IMG/VR virus record: IMGVR_UViG_3300035498_000732
Coordinates: 1-64,000 of that record
Strand: one strand, 5' to 3'
Source of the DNA: a virus
Taxonomy: Duplodnaviria; Caudoviricetes
Length of the DNA stretch: 64,000 nt
A program made the translations under genes and the position numbers. The notes beneath the pieces are model-generated. The model did no database searches and was not told the DNA's origin. It saw only the letters and a program-made list of their open reading frames with translations. Positions 1-9,875 of this stretch are shown here, piece by piece. How positions within the stretch are numbered: the first letter of the stretch is position 1; every line of letters begins with the position of its first letter.

Positions 1-300
1 GCTGTTCCCTACTCTACTCACTTCAGAGATTTCTCTCCTTATTTTACTCAGCAGTATGGTGCTGATTAGCTTTCGATAGCCGTCGATCAATCAAAAATTG
101 TAATTTTTGATTGAAGCTGATCTTACATTGTATCGGTACTTAGGATCTATCAATGATAGACTTTTATCTCACCATATACCATCCCAATACTTGTTTCTGA
201 CTTTCGTCTCCTTTCGGCAATTGGGCATTAGCAAGTTCCAGCAAATTTCGTACAGTAGTTTTAAGCTATGCATTGCTGCATAACCGGCCCTATTATGCTA
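1..300 (-). mobile_element. Group I intron (5' part; continues off window) in the RNAP beta' N gene
   Basis: ORF stops just after NRNPTLGYG. Exon-end GGCU can pair with GGCC (286-289), giving the U.G splice pair. P-like AAUUUGCUGGAA (~236-247) and Q-like AAUCAGCA (~60-67) are present. The region is non-coding and structured. Confidence 0.85.
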
Positions 301-1561
301 AGCCATATCCCAGCGTTGGATTGCGATTTATTAGAATTGGTAGTCCTCTGCCATCACATGAATTATCTATAATGGACTGGATAATTTCCTTTACTCTTGG
401 ATCTATAGAAATACTTGATTTATACCAGATATTATAAGCTTCATCAAATGAAACATTATAACTACGTCTAAGTATATTCACTATACGTTGCTCTAATACT
501 ATTACCAATTCATAATATGGAAGTATTACCTGGTCAATCTCAAGATTTGGATCTTGAATGATAACAGATCTGCCAGTAAAATTATATCTACCGGATACAA
601 GATTTCTAAAGATTCCTTTCTTACCCTCAAGAATGCTTACTACTTCATTATATAACTCCATATATTTCATCTGGAGTTTATAAAGATTCTGATTTTTCTG
701 TTCTTTATCACGATCGAATCTTGTTTTATTCTTATTAATAGAATGCACTATAGAATTCATCATATTATAAATTCCATTAGTACCTTCATATTGCATAGAC
801 TTTCCTGTGACTTGGAATGGTCTAAGATGAGTAGTATATACAGGAATAGAGTGAGTAAATACTTTATCTCTATCTTGTATTATCTGACTATAATACTCAT
901 ACTTAGATGGATTTCTTTTAGCATAGTATTCAAGGATTTCATCAAATCTATTAACAAAATCTATCATACCAATACCATAGAATGGTTCTCCTTTGGGACA
1001 TTCAGAGAGTTGAGTTACATGTCCATCTCTATCTTTCTCTCCCTGGACATTTAGAATATTATCTAATTTACTCTTTTTACCATATCCATTTCCAAATAGA
1101 AATTCTATCTGCATATATAAAATTGGATGAATAATCTGATGCTCATCAAGCACCAGCCAACCGAAATAACTAAAATCATCATCCATATATCTAACTCTAG
1201 TACCACACTTAGGACACATAATCCCATGATTGATTCTAGAATGTAGATAACCGCATTCACATTTATATCTATCTATGAATGGGTTTTGATCTCCCAAAGT
1301 CTGTCCAAACTTTGAAGAGAATATTCCATTAGGATCTTTAAGATCTTTCTTGATCCCCCTTGCCGCGGAACATATAAATCCTCTGCCCTCACGGATATCT
1401 TTCTCCATCTCTAAATCTAGATTGATCTTTTCCAATTGTGTAAAATACATATACATCGGATCATCCGGATATTGCATTGTATGCATAGGTTTATCAGATG
1501 GCGATGATATTCTTTGCATGAAATTAGAATAATCATTCATGTACTTTTCTGTAGTTGCCAT
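301..1561 (-). CDS. Multisubunit RNA polymerase beta' N-terminal subunit, exon 1 (probably non-virion RNAP)
   Basis: Zn-binding CECG..CPKCG, GKKGIFRNLVSGRYNFTGRSVI and LINRNPTL motifs. An early-type promoter lies upstream at ~2006-2016. Confidence 0.93.
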
Positions 1562-1617
1562 TTTTCATCTCTCCTTTCATTCTTTAGTTACTTTTTAAAC
1601 TTTATACTCCTCCTTTC

Positions 1618-1950
1618 TTATGAATTAGGTAATGTGACAGAACCACATAATGGACAAATATAACTCAGTCTTGGGTTAATCACTATGAATTTGCCACATG
1701 AGCATCTAGAATAACTAGTTTTCAATTTGGATTTGTATTCAAAGCTAGTCATATAATCAACTAGAGCATCTATACTCTTATCCAATCCAATTAACTTTTG
1801 ATCCACAGTGAGATCTCCATAAATAGTATTGTAATATTTATCTCCTTTCGTTATTTTATCTACTGTAGTCTTTATAAATTCTGTATCTGTATCATCTACT
1901 TTCATTACTTTATCTACAATAGTTTTTACAAATTCTTCATTGGTGTTCAT
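1618..1950 (-). CDS. Hypothetical protein with C-terminal Zn ribbon
   Basis: CSCG...CPLCG; short internal repeat EFVKTIVDK/EFIKTTVDK; AAGGAG RBS. Confidence 0.7.
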   Translation of the reverse strand: MNTNEEFVKTIVDKVMKVDDTDTEFIKTTVDKITKGDKYYNTIYGDLTVDQKLIGLDKSIDALVDYMTSFEYKSKLKTSYSRCSCGKFIVINPRLSYICPLCGSVTLPNS

Positions 1951-2035
1951 TTATATAGTATTTCTCCTTTGCATAATTCATTTTAAAATATCTCCTTTCT
2001 AAGTATATAATATATGTCCATCTTGCAATTTGCTT

Positions 2036-2137
2036 AAAAAAGAAACAAACTCCCCCGCCCAACCACAGGCAGAGGAGTGAGCAATATGAACGCACAACAA
2101 CATGGGAGGTAAATGAATTCCCGCAACAAATCCATTT
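2036..2137 (-). ncRNA. Candidate late small RNA (hairpin, anti-SD segment, terminator)
   Basis: AACA-N6-TA promoter 2148-2137; 10-bp 5' hairpin; ACCUCCC; GC-rich terminator with U tract. Confidence 0.6.
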
Positions 2138-2164
2138 ACCATATTGTTATCTAATATTTAATTT

Positions 2165-3406
2165 CTAATCATCCATAGAGAATGCTTTCCATGGATCCAT
2201 TTCTACTGTATGTACTACAGAGTCATGAAATGCTTTCATAGAAATATTTTTTAAGGTAGAAGGAATTACATCAGTCATTACACCTACATTTCTCATATTA
2301 GGTCCAAGTCTATACCATATATTTCCAGCGCATTTAGAACAGAATCCACCTTTGCTCTTACACATAGAAGAAAATCTGAACTTCACATTCTTTCCAATGT
2401 ACTTATCCATATTTTGAGAGGTAAGTTCTACTAAACTAGATCCTATTATCATCCAAGAATACATCCAATCATCTACATTCTTTTCAGTAAGATGTACTAT
2501 TACATAATTCTTAGTATGGCAATCAGATCCTTCTGGCAATAACTTAAGATGCTGTGTCATTGAAAGGAATAGCTTCTCCCAATATCCACCCATAGATGTT
2601 TTCTTACCTCTAGAGTATGGGCCAGCAGATAATGAATTGGCAAACATGGAATATTCATCTGCAGATACTCCATCCATATAATTAGAGAATGCAATATTAT
2701 ATGTCTTCTGGGCATTAGGATCAGGATTCTTCATGGCACCCTTCATGATATACATATTCTTGAAGTTGTTATCAATAGATCCACCTGCACCTGAATTGAA
2801 TCCATCCATTCCAGGGTCATTTCCGATATAATCTGTAGCATACTTTAGAAGTTCATTCTCCATATCTTCTACTACTTTTACATCACCTGCATCTATAGCA
2901 GCTTTATTCTTCTTAATAAGCTCAGCCTTTTTCTTATCTACCTTATCTGTTAAGGTAAGCATTTCCTCAGACCAGCTACCTGATAATACAGTAACAAACT
3001 TCATAAACTCTTGAGTTTTTTCTAGAAAATCTTTAAGATCATCTATAGTAATTCTATCTTCCATAAGAGCATATGATAATTTCTTCTGTATCTTTCCATA
3101 AGCTTTTTTAGTAATGGGATAATTTATATATCCTGTTACATGTGATACATGGGGTTCAATAAAATACTTATTGAATATCCATAATCCAGCAGTAGTGGTA
3201 AATGTATTTTTATTTGGTTTTCCACCTACTACGAATTTTCCAGGAGGTATTTCTATTGTGTCATATTGATTACAAGCATTATTACCATCAAATTCACCAA
3301 ATAAATCTAGTACAAATGATTGGCATACACTCTCCTCAGTCATATTGAGAAGAGTATCTATTACCTCCTGGTTTCGTATAGGCTTAGACACTCTGGTTTT
3401 AGCCAT
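2165..3406 (-). CDS. RNA polymerase beta' C-terminal subunit (probably virion RNAP)
   Basis: Bridge-helix-like SRGKKTSMGGYWEK, SDCHT, RFSSMC..CSKCAG, trigger-loop-like LKNISMKAFHD. Lies under a late promoter with a structural gene. Confidence 0.9.
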   Translation of the reverse strand: MAKTRVSKPIRNQEVIDTLLNMTEESVCQSFVLDLFGEFDGNNACNQYDTIEIPPGKFVVGGKPNKNTFTTTAGLWIFNKYFIEPHVSHVTGYINYPITKKAYGKIQKKLSYALMEDRITIDDLKDFLEKTQEFMKFVTVLSGSWSEEMLTLTDKVDKKKAELIKKNKAAIDAGDVKVVEDMENELLKYATDYIGNDPGMDGFNSGAGGSIDNNFKNMYIMKGAMKNPDPNAQKTYNIAFSNYMDGVSADEYSMFANSLSAGPYSRGKKTSMGGYWEKLFLSMTQHLKLLPEGSDCHTKNYVIVHLTEKNVDDWMYSWMIIGSSLVELTSQNMDKYIGKNVKFRFSSMCKSKGGFCSKCAGNIWYRLGPNMRNVGVMTDVIPSTLKNISMKAFHDSVVHTVEMDPWKAFSMDD

Positions 3407-3420
3407 AGTTTCGCCTCTTT

Positions 3421-4257
3421 TTAATAATACGTCTGATATGTAATCTCAATGCCCTTGGTTAAGTCAATAAGAGATTCATTATTCATATTAAACTGTGTAA
3501 CAGGCAAGATGTCCTGATACCATACATATCCATCTGGATCAGTAACCTGCCATGCCTGACATAATGAGAACTGATTTACTAATGCTGTATTAATTCCTGT
3601 AGTGGCAATGAAGTAATCACGGCAATCATTCTTAGTAATAAGAAGTACTGTTTCTACATACAGTTCTGCCTCTGTTCTATTTGCTGAATTAAATACATTA
3701 GCATCAATAGAAGTACCATCAATATATTGAGCATACATCTGAGGATCTGTCTCTGGCTTCTTGAAATAGTATGCATAATAACTATTTCCTACAGTCTTTC
3801 TACCAAAGTATACTTCTCTCATAGATGGAGCTAAATCATTATCAATAGCTTGATATCTAAAAGGAATCATATTTGATGGCTGGATTCTTTTGGTATAATC
3901 TACATCATATACCTGAGACATTTCTACACCACATCCACCTGTGCCACAGCAGAATAAAGAAATCTTTTTCTTTGTATTCTGAGAAGTAATTTCTGCTGGT
4001 GTATCTAATTGCATATCACTATTATACGTAGGAAATGGAATGATATCATCAAGTCCCCACTGCATAGTAGCAGTCCACTGAGCACCAGAGATAAGGGTCT
4101 TATTATGCAACTCTTTAACTTCTCCAGTATCCAGATTCTTTACATAAATTCGTGTACCCTTAGGCCCACCAACAAATCTATCGGCGACACTATTAGTGAC
4201 ATTAACGCCATCTAATTTGATTCCACCTTTATCGAAGACTAGCTTCTTCTTAACCAT
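3421..4257 (-). CDS. Putative virion (tail/baseplate) structural protein
   Basis: Late promoter 4283-4294; beta-rich composition; next to baseplate gene. Confidence 0.55.
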   Translation of the reverse strand: MVKKKLVFDKGGIKLDGVNVTNSVADRFVGGPKGTRIYVKNLDTGEVKELHNKTLISGAQWTATMQWGLDDIIPFPTYNSDMQLDTPAEITSQNTKKKISLFCCGTGGCGVEMSQVYDVDYTKRIQPSNMIPFRYQAIDNDLAPSMREVYFGRKTVGNSYYAYYFKKPETDPQMYAQYIDGTSIDANVFNSANRTEAELYVETVLLITKNDCRDYFIATTGINTALVNQFSLCQAWQVTDPDGYVWYQDILPVTQFNMNNESLIDLTKGIEITYQTYY

Positions 4258-4303
4258 ATTAGAGATCCTCCTTATACAATTTTACTTAAATGTTTCGGTA
4301 GTA

Positions 4304-6832
4304 CTAAACATACCGTATTGATACATTCTCCTTATTTATTCCACCAGATTCAGAAGTATCATAAGTTGCTTTTACTTTAGAAGCAGTATCATAAAATCCT
4401 GTATAATCTGTCTTGTCATATACATATGCTAATTGATCTACCCTATCAGCAATATTACACTGATTTCTTGAAGATTTATTAACGTTCTTATTTATTACTT
4501 CTTTAGCAATACCATCATTACTTCTAAAATCATTATACCATCTGTAAGCTTTATACCAATGATCTTGTATAGATGGTTCTTCTGAGATAGTTATGTCATT
4601 TAATTGATTAGCAATTCTATCTTGATCTGGAAGAATCTGCTCTTTAGATTTAAAGAATATTCTAAATAGAGCATCATCTATAATAAGACAAGTATTGGTA
4701 AGCTTATCATCTGCTACATATACAGTATCTAAATCCAAGATACTTATCTTGAATGATTTAAAGAAGTTGATAATATCCATTACATATACTTTTACTGCTT
4801 CGATGGATACGGCAGGTAATCCAGCAAATAGATAAGGAACAATTCCCATATCTACATACTCTTCAATACAGCATGCTATATTATATACTTGAGTGGCAAT
4901 CTTCTCATTTCTAGACTCTTCACTTACATTGACTAATGCTAAATACTTCTCATAGAGATCACTTCTCTTATATTGAAGAAATTCTGCATAACTGGTGGCT
5001 ATTGTACCTTCATCATCTATAACAAAGTAATCAAGATTTATTCTAGTAAGCATAAGAGAATCATAGATCTTTTTATATAATCTATATATTCTAGCATTAT
5101 TAGCAGTCATCATTTCATGTACTACATGGTCATAGATATTCTTGTTATTTGTATAGACTTCCATAAGTTGAGTAAATGAGAAAATGCCATTAGACGGATC
5201 TTTCCATCCAGATATACCCATATCATCAAATGTCTTTACTCCAGTCTCCCAGAGATATGTAGCCAATTCAGATAAATCAGCTTCAAAATTAAATCCCAAT
5301 ATCTTAAGACTTTCATCTACATCTGTAATTATAACATCTTCTGTTCCATAATATACATGTGCTAAAGCATACATATATATGAATGCATCCATTATTGTAA
5401 CAGATGTATTCAATACTGGAACTTTAACAAGTAATAATGATTTATCGATATCATTATTCAGAAGCAAATTAATGAAGTATGTAATCTGGAATAGATATTC
5501 GGACATAGAGTATACAGATTTGATAGACATATATTTAGTCCTGAGCATATTGAAATTATACTCAAGAATATCCTGTCTAACTTCATCTTCTGTATGATCT
5601 CCAATCCAATATTGATCTGATCTAGTCACCTCTTCATAGTCCAATATGTTAGCTTCAGTTTTTATAGCATCATCAGGTAATTCACTAATTCCAACTCTAA
5701 GAAACTCCAATGAATATGATGAATCCACATCTTCTACTATATCTCCAGCATCATTCTCCATAGTGGCAAAGATATAATTACCATCTGCATCTTTCTTTCT
5801 ACTCTTTAAGAGATAGTATTTGAATATTTCTATATTATCAAAGCCAAATAGAGATACTATATCTATGATGCATCTATCTGTGGATTTATACTTGATTAAT
5901 TTATTGAGATTTCTCACGAGAGATATCTGATATCTTATTGGAATCTCTGGGAAAAATTTAACGCCAGAGGCTTCAAAGAGATATTGAATAGTTCTAATAT
6001 CGAATACATCCTTTCTAATGATATACTCTGGAATCTCGTTGATCATATCACACATAGTCTGAAGTATAATCATTACCATCATAAATTTCTCATAATAATC
6101 AGACTTATAATTGTATGCTTCATCATAATAAAATTTAAGATAAATAATTCGATTCACTTCCAATAGATCTTGGAATCTAGTTCTTAATTCTGTCTCATCA
6201 CATTCTCCCACATATAGTGGAGCGAATTTGCCAGCCTTTCTAGCATCATATATTCCTACTTTTCTTTTGCCAATGAATCTAAGATACTCTGCTTCTGGAT
6301 AGAGTTCTAATAGAGTATCTATTACTCCAGCATTCTCAAATGCTTTGATAATATCAGTATCATATCTATGGATATATGTACCATAATCTATATAATTCTT
6401 AAGACTATCTGGCACTATATCTTCTGGTAACAGAATACCGTCTTGACCCATTGGTGGAAGCCCATTTAATTTACGATAGTACTCATTCTCTTCCTCGTAG
6501 CTGTCAATATATGATTCCCTGATGCTACTAGTAAGCATATCTCTATACTCTTCTGGAATCAGATCATTATTAGCAGACCATTGATAGATCTCTTTGCTAG
6601 TAATACTTGGAATCTTAGATATTTCGTTCTCCCCGAATTTATACATAGCAAAAGTAGCGAATCCATCTACAGATGCAAGATAAAGATCAGATCTAACAAG
6701 AGATGCTTCTGTCTCTTGATTATCTGCTTCTACATCATCTTTTAGAACTACTCTATCTGCAATTATTTGCTTGCAATTATATATAATTTCATCAAGCATA
6801 GGGGTGTCTGTTAATACTTTTTCAATTTCCAT
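4304..6832 (-). CDS. Putative baseplate wedge protein
   Basis: Segment LIKYKSTDRCIIDIVSLFGF resembles P2 gpI-type KGT motif; late promoter 6858-6869. Confidence 0.6.
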   Translation of the reverse strand: MEIEKVLTDTPMLDEIIYNCKQIIADRVVLKDDVEADNQETEASLVRSDLYLASVDGFATFAMYKFGENEISKIPSITSKEIYQWSANNDLIPEEYRDMLTSSIRESYIDSYEEENEYYRKLNGLPPMGQDGILLPEDIVPDSLKNYIDYGTYIHRYDTDIIKAFENAGVIDTLLELYPEAEYLRFIGKRKVGIYDARKAGKFAPLYVGECDETELRTRFQDLLEVNRIIYLKFYYDEAYNYKSDYYEKFMMVMIILQTMCDMINEIPEYIIRKDVFDIRTIQYLFEASGVKFFPEIPIRYQISLVRNLNKLIKYKSTDRCIIDIVSLFGFDNIEIFKYYLLKSRKKDADGNYIFATMENDAGDIVEDVDSSYSLEFLRVGISELPDDAIKTEANILDYEEVTRSDQYWIGDHTEDEVRQDILEYNFNMLRTKYMSIKSVYSMSEYLFQITYFINLLLNNDIDKSLLLVKVPVLNTSVTIMDAFIYMYALAHVYYGTEDVIITDVDESLKILGFNFEADLSELATYLWETGVKTFDDMGISGWKDPSNGIFSFTQLMEVYTNNKNIYDHVVHEMMTANNARIYRLYKKIYDSLMLTRINLDYFVIDDEGTIATSYAEFLQYKRSDLYEKYLALVNVSEESRNEKIATQVYNIACCIEEYVDMGIVPYLFAGLPAVSIEAVKVYVMDIINFFKSFKISILDLDTVYVADDKLTNTCLIIDDALFRIFFKSKEQILPDQDRIANQLNDITISEEPSIQDHWYKAYRWYNDFRSNDGIAKEVINKNVNKSSRNQCNIADRVDQLAYVYDKTDYTGFYDTASKVKATYDTSESGGINKENVSIRYV

Positions 6833-6911
6833 TCAAAACTGTCACCTCCTCATCAATTAATAATATGTGCAAAAATAAGTGGCTGCCCATTACAGCAGCC
6901 ACTGATCATTT

Positions 6912-7097
6912 TTACATCATATCAATAAGCTGCTTAGCCTGATCTTCTGTGAGCTGCTTACCAGTACAAGCATTAATCTTTGTCTTAAGATTCTTGCACT
7001 GTGCCTCATATACTGCATCATTCATTCTGTGGCCATCATGAGCACTCTTATTAGACTCAATTACCTTAATAAAACTTCTGTAAAGATCTACTGCCAT
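6912..7097 (-). CDS. Small XkdX-like protein
   Basis: 61 aa ending QLTEDQAKQLI; follows a tail-associated gene; GGAGG RBS. Confidence 0.5.
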   Translation of the reverse strand: MAVDLYRSFIKVIESNKSAHDGHRMNDAVYEAQCKNLKTKINACTGKQLTEDQAKQLIDMM

Positions 7098-7110
7098 TGT
7101 TCAAACCCTC

Positions 7111-7542
7111 CTAATTAGATTCCTCTTCTGTGTTGCTATTATCATCATCCTGAACAACTGTTCCAACATCTGGAGTTGTCTCTGCTGGCTCATCTGCAAC
7201 ATCATTGATTGCTTTAAGATACTCAATGTCAATAGTATTATTGGCAATATCCAGCTCAAGATTTGTAGCCTTCTCATTGGCCTCAGATGCATCCTCTTCT
7301 GCTGTATTCTTACGCGGTACAGGATCTCCAACTTTATCAGGATCATCCTGATCTCTGTAGTAGAATGTGTTATTCACAAAGTAATCTCCAATACCACATG
7401 GGTACTGAGTACACTCCTGTGCAATAGCTGTGTCACCATAGATAGTTCTTGCTAATTGATTAGCAACTTCATAATTATCGCATACGATGATATTCTGAAT
7501 CTTAGTATCAAGAATATGCGCAAAAACCTGATGTACTACCAT
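7111..7542 (-). CDS. Tail-fibre-associated/chaperone-like protein
   Basis: Late promoter 7580-7591; GIGDYFVNNTFY motif then coiled segment; paired with XkdX-like gene. Confidence 0.45.
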   Translation of the reverse strand: MVVHQVFAHILDTKIQNIIVCDNYEVANQLARTIYGDTAIAQECTQYPCGIGDYFVNNTFYYRDQDDPDKVGDPVPRKNTAEEDASEANEKATNLELDIANNTIDIEYLKAINDVADEPAETTPDVGTVVQDDDNSNTEEESN

Positions 7543-7592
7543 CTTATATATCCTCCTTAATGTGTAAAATTTTACATTATATTATGATGTTT

Positions 7593-8570
7593 TTACTGTA
7601 AATCAATCATCATTCTAAGGCGCACATAATCCTGGTATTCAGGTTTAATCATGTAATATACATAGGCCTCAAGTAAATCAAAAGCATTATATCCTCTACC
7701 AAAGATATAGAATGTATTGATTCCATTTTCTGGATACTTTCCGTACATATCATCTACAGTAATGAAATGCTTTCTATCTCTCTTTACAGTATAAAAATCA
7801 TCTAAGATTGATGAACACTGTGTACATGGTACATTAGCCATACTATCTGGCTGCTTGCCATAATTAAGCTGTAATTGAGACATGTAATCATTTCTCAGAT
7901 TATCATGTGGGCAAGAATACTTATGAGATGAATTTGCTACAAGAATAATTTTCTCTTTATTATCCAATTTAAGAATCTCATCATTTGGATTAAATATAGT
8001 ATTAGCAATCACATAAGAGAACTCATCTCTGTTAAGCTCTTTCTGAAGTTCTTTAATATCCCAAATCTCTTTTGAAGATGAAGAAATAAAATTGAACTTT
8101 GGATATACTTCATGAATATAATCTAATAAAAGATCAGACGCCACATTGATGTAGTTTAATTCACTCTCCATCTTTTGAGTATAGAGATTACATGCATGGT
8201 CATACATATGGAATGGCTGCAATTTTGTATTAGTATACTCAGCAACTAATGATACACCTTTAGAATTAAACCATTCTACTGTAGAATCAGCATTATCATT
8301 AGTAGCTCTACCTGTGCAATATACCTCTCCATTCCAGATTGAAATAGGAAATACTCCGTATACTCCTTTAATTATGCAATCATCTCTAAACCATTCTGGA
8401 TGTGCTACTGGCCAATTTGGGATAATTGTGTCATCATTTTCATCTTTACATTCTGCTGCTTTTTCTTTCTCTAATTCTTCTTTTGTTTTTCCGTACATGA
8501 GTTCTATAAATGCCTGATTCATTCTGGCATTGAAATAGAAATCAGGTAAAAATAAATTTACCATATGCAT
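7593..8570 (-). CDS. Peptidase U32-like protein, paralog B (degenerate)
   Basis: Full-length similarity to 8699-9631; YIFGRG in place of KLEGRG. Start moved to the ATG after AAGGAAGG. Confidence 0.55.
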   Translation of the reverse strand: MHMVNLFLPDFYFNARMNQAFIELMYGKTKEELEKEKAAECKDENDDTIIPNWPVAHPEWFRDDCIIKGVYGVFPISIWNGEVYCTGRATNDNADSTVEWFNSKGVSLVAEYTNTKLQPFHMYDHACNLYTQKMESELNYINVASDLLLDYIHEVYPKFNFISSSSKEIWDIKELQKELNRDEFSYVIANTIFNPNDEILKLDNKEKIILVANSSHKYSCPHDNLRNDYMSQLQLNYGKQPDSMANVPCTQCSSILDDFYTVKRDRKHFITVDDMYGKYPENGINTFYIFGRGYNAFDLLEAYVYYMIKPEYQDYVRLRMMIDLQ

Positions 8571-8698
8571 TTTCCTTCCTTTCATATCTTTATAGAATAT
8601 CTTATTATTAAAATTAACGTTTATTCAATATTTAAATACTAGAAAAACAGTCAAATAATAAAACTATATTTACGGAAGTTCAGAAAGGAGTACTGAAA

Positions 8699-9631
8699 AT
8701 GGCTAAAGTAAAGTTTTTCTTGCCAGGTGTGGGAGAACAGAGATTGAGAATACTAAATGGATCATTGATAGATAAGCTGGAGAAGTATCCTCATATGTTT
8801 AGAGATATTGAGGTAGGAGCATTTTATGGACATTATCCGGGAATCCCATGGTCTGGTGGAAGATTCTCTAATGGATTTGCTACATATCAGGATGTCTATA
8901 CAGATCTTGCATTCTATAATAATACTCTCAATGTTCCTGTAAGATACACATTCACCAATACTCTGGTTACAGAAGAATTATTGAATGATCAATTTGGCAA
9001 TATTGTATTGATGGCTGCAGATAATGGAATGAATGAAGTGCTGGTAAATAATGATATCTTGGAAGCATATATTAGAGAACGTTATCCAAGTTTTAAGATC
9101 TGTGCATCTACTACAAAGAGAATCACTACTAAAGAACAATATGACCAATATAAAGGAAAATATGATTACATTGTATTAGATTATTCCTTCAATAAGAAAC
9201 CAGAACTCTTTGAGTTAGAGGATAAAGAGCATATTGAATTACTTATTATGACATTCTGCTGGGATGATTGCCCCAATAGAATGCATCATCAGTATGTAAC
9301 CAATTACAGTGATTTGAATCTGTTATCTAGTGAGCAACACTATAAAATGTATACTTGCCCATTCTTTAGAGATAAGAATTGGATGTTCTATGATCATATA
9401 GCTGCTCATAAGCATATCATTGATCCTGATGTATTATATGATAAATATGTGCCTGCAGGATTTATTAATATGAAGCTTGAAGGCCGTGGCAATGATATTT
9501 ATGATGTAATGGAATCGTATGTATATTATATGGTACTGCCAGAGTATAGAAATGAGATAAGACTTATGTTTGCTAAGGATATTGCATCTGGTGTGATTCC
9601 TCAGCAGGCTGCACAGCAGCAGGCTAGTTAA
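8699..9631 (+). CDS. Peptidase U32-like (putative Fe-S TIM barrel) protein, paralog A
   Basis: KLEGR motif, CxxxCxxR plus distal Cys, ASTT, DYIVLD; late promoter 8646-8657. Confidence 0.65.
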   Translation: MAKVKFFLPGVGEQRLRILNGSLIDKLEKYPHMFRDIEVGAFYGHYPGIPWSGGRFSNGFATYQDVYTDLAFYNNTLNVPVRYTFTNTLVTEELLNDQFGNIVLMAADNGMNEVLVNNDILEAYIRERYPSFKICASTTKRITTKEQYDQYKGKYDYIVLDYSFNKKPELFELEDKEHIELLIMTFCWDDCPNRMHHQYVTNYSDLNLLSSEQHYKMYTCPFFRDKNWMFYDHIAAHKHIIDPDVLYDKYVPAGFINMKLEGRGNDIYDVMESYVYYMVLPEYRNEIRLMFAKDIASGVIPQQAAQQQAS

Positions 9632-9639
9632 ATATAAAT

Positions 9640-9670
9640 GGGGTGCTGAAATGCACCCCTCATTTATTTT
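9640..9670 (+). terminator. Intrinsic terminator
   Basis: GGGGTGC/GCACCCC stem plus T-rich tail. Confidence 0.7.
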
Positions 9671-9707
9671 GAAATATGGATTTTCCTCAATTACATATTA
9701 TATATTT

Positions 9708-9805
9708 GAATAATGCAATAAGCATTTGGCGGATTCGCCGCCAATCATCTCTTTCACCTTATAAAGGGAAGTCTGTCTGTAATGGGCAGACTTCTTTTTT
9801 TTTTT
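9708..9805 (+). ncRNA. Candidate early small RNA
   Basis: Early promoter ~9688-9704, hairpin 9726-9744, CU-rich linker, terminator 9768-9805; no ORF. Confidence 0.6.
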
Positions 9806-9875
9806 GTAATTAAATGATTGATCGATAATATATTATACCTGTAGAGAGATGATACAATCAAAGGAGGAACAAGAA

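Noticed and set aside
7101-7346. Alternate-frame ORF suggesting a frameshift product
   Set aside because: No slippery site noticed; 7111-7542 is complete.
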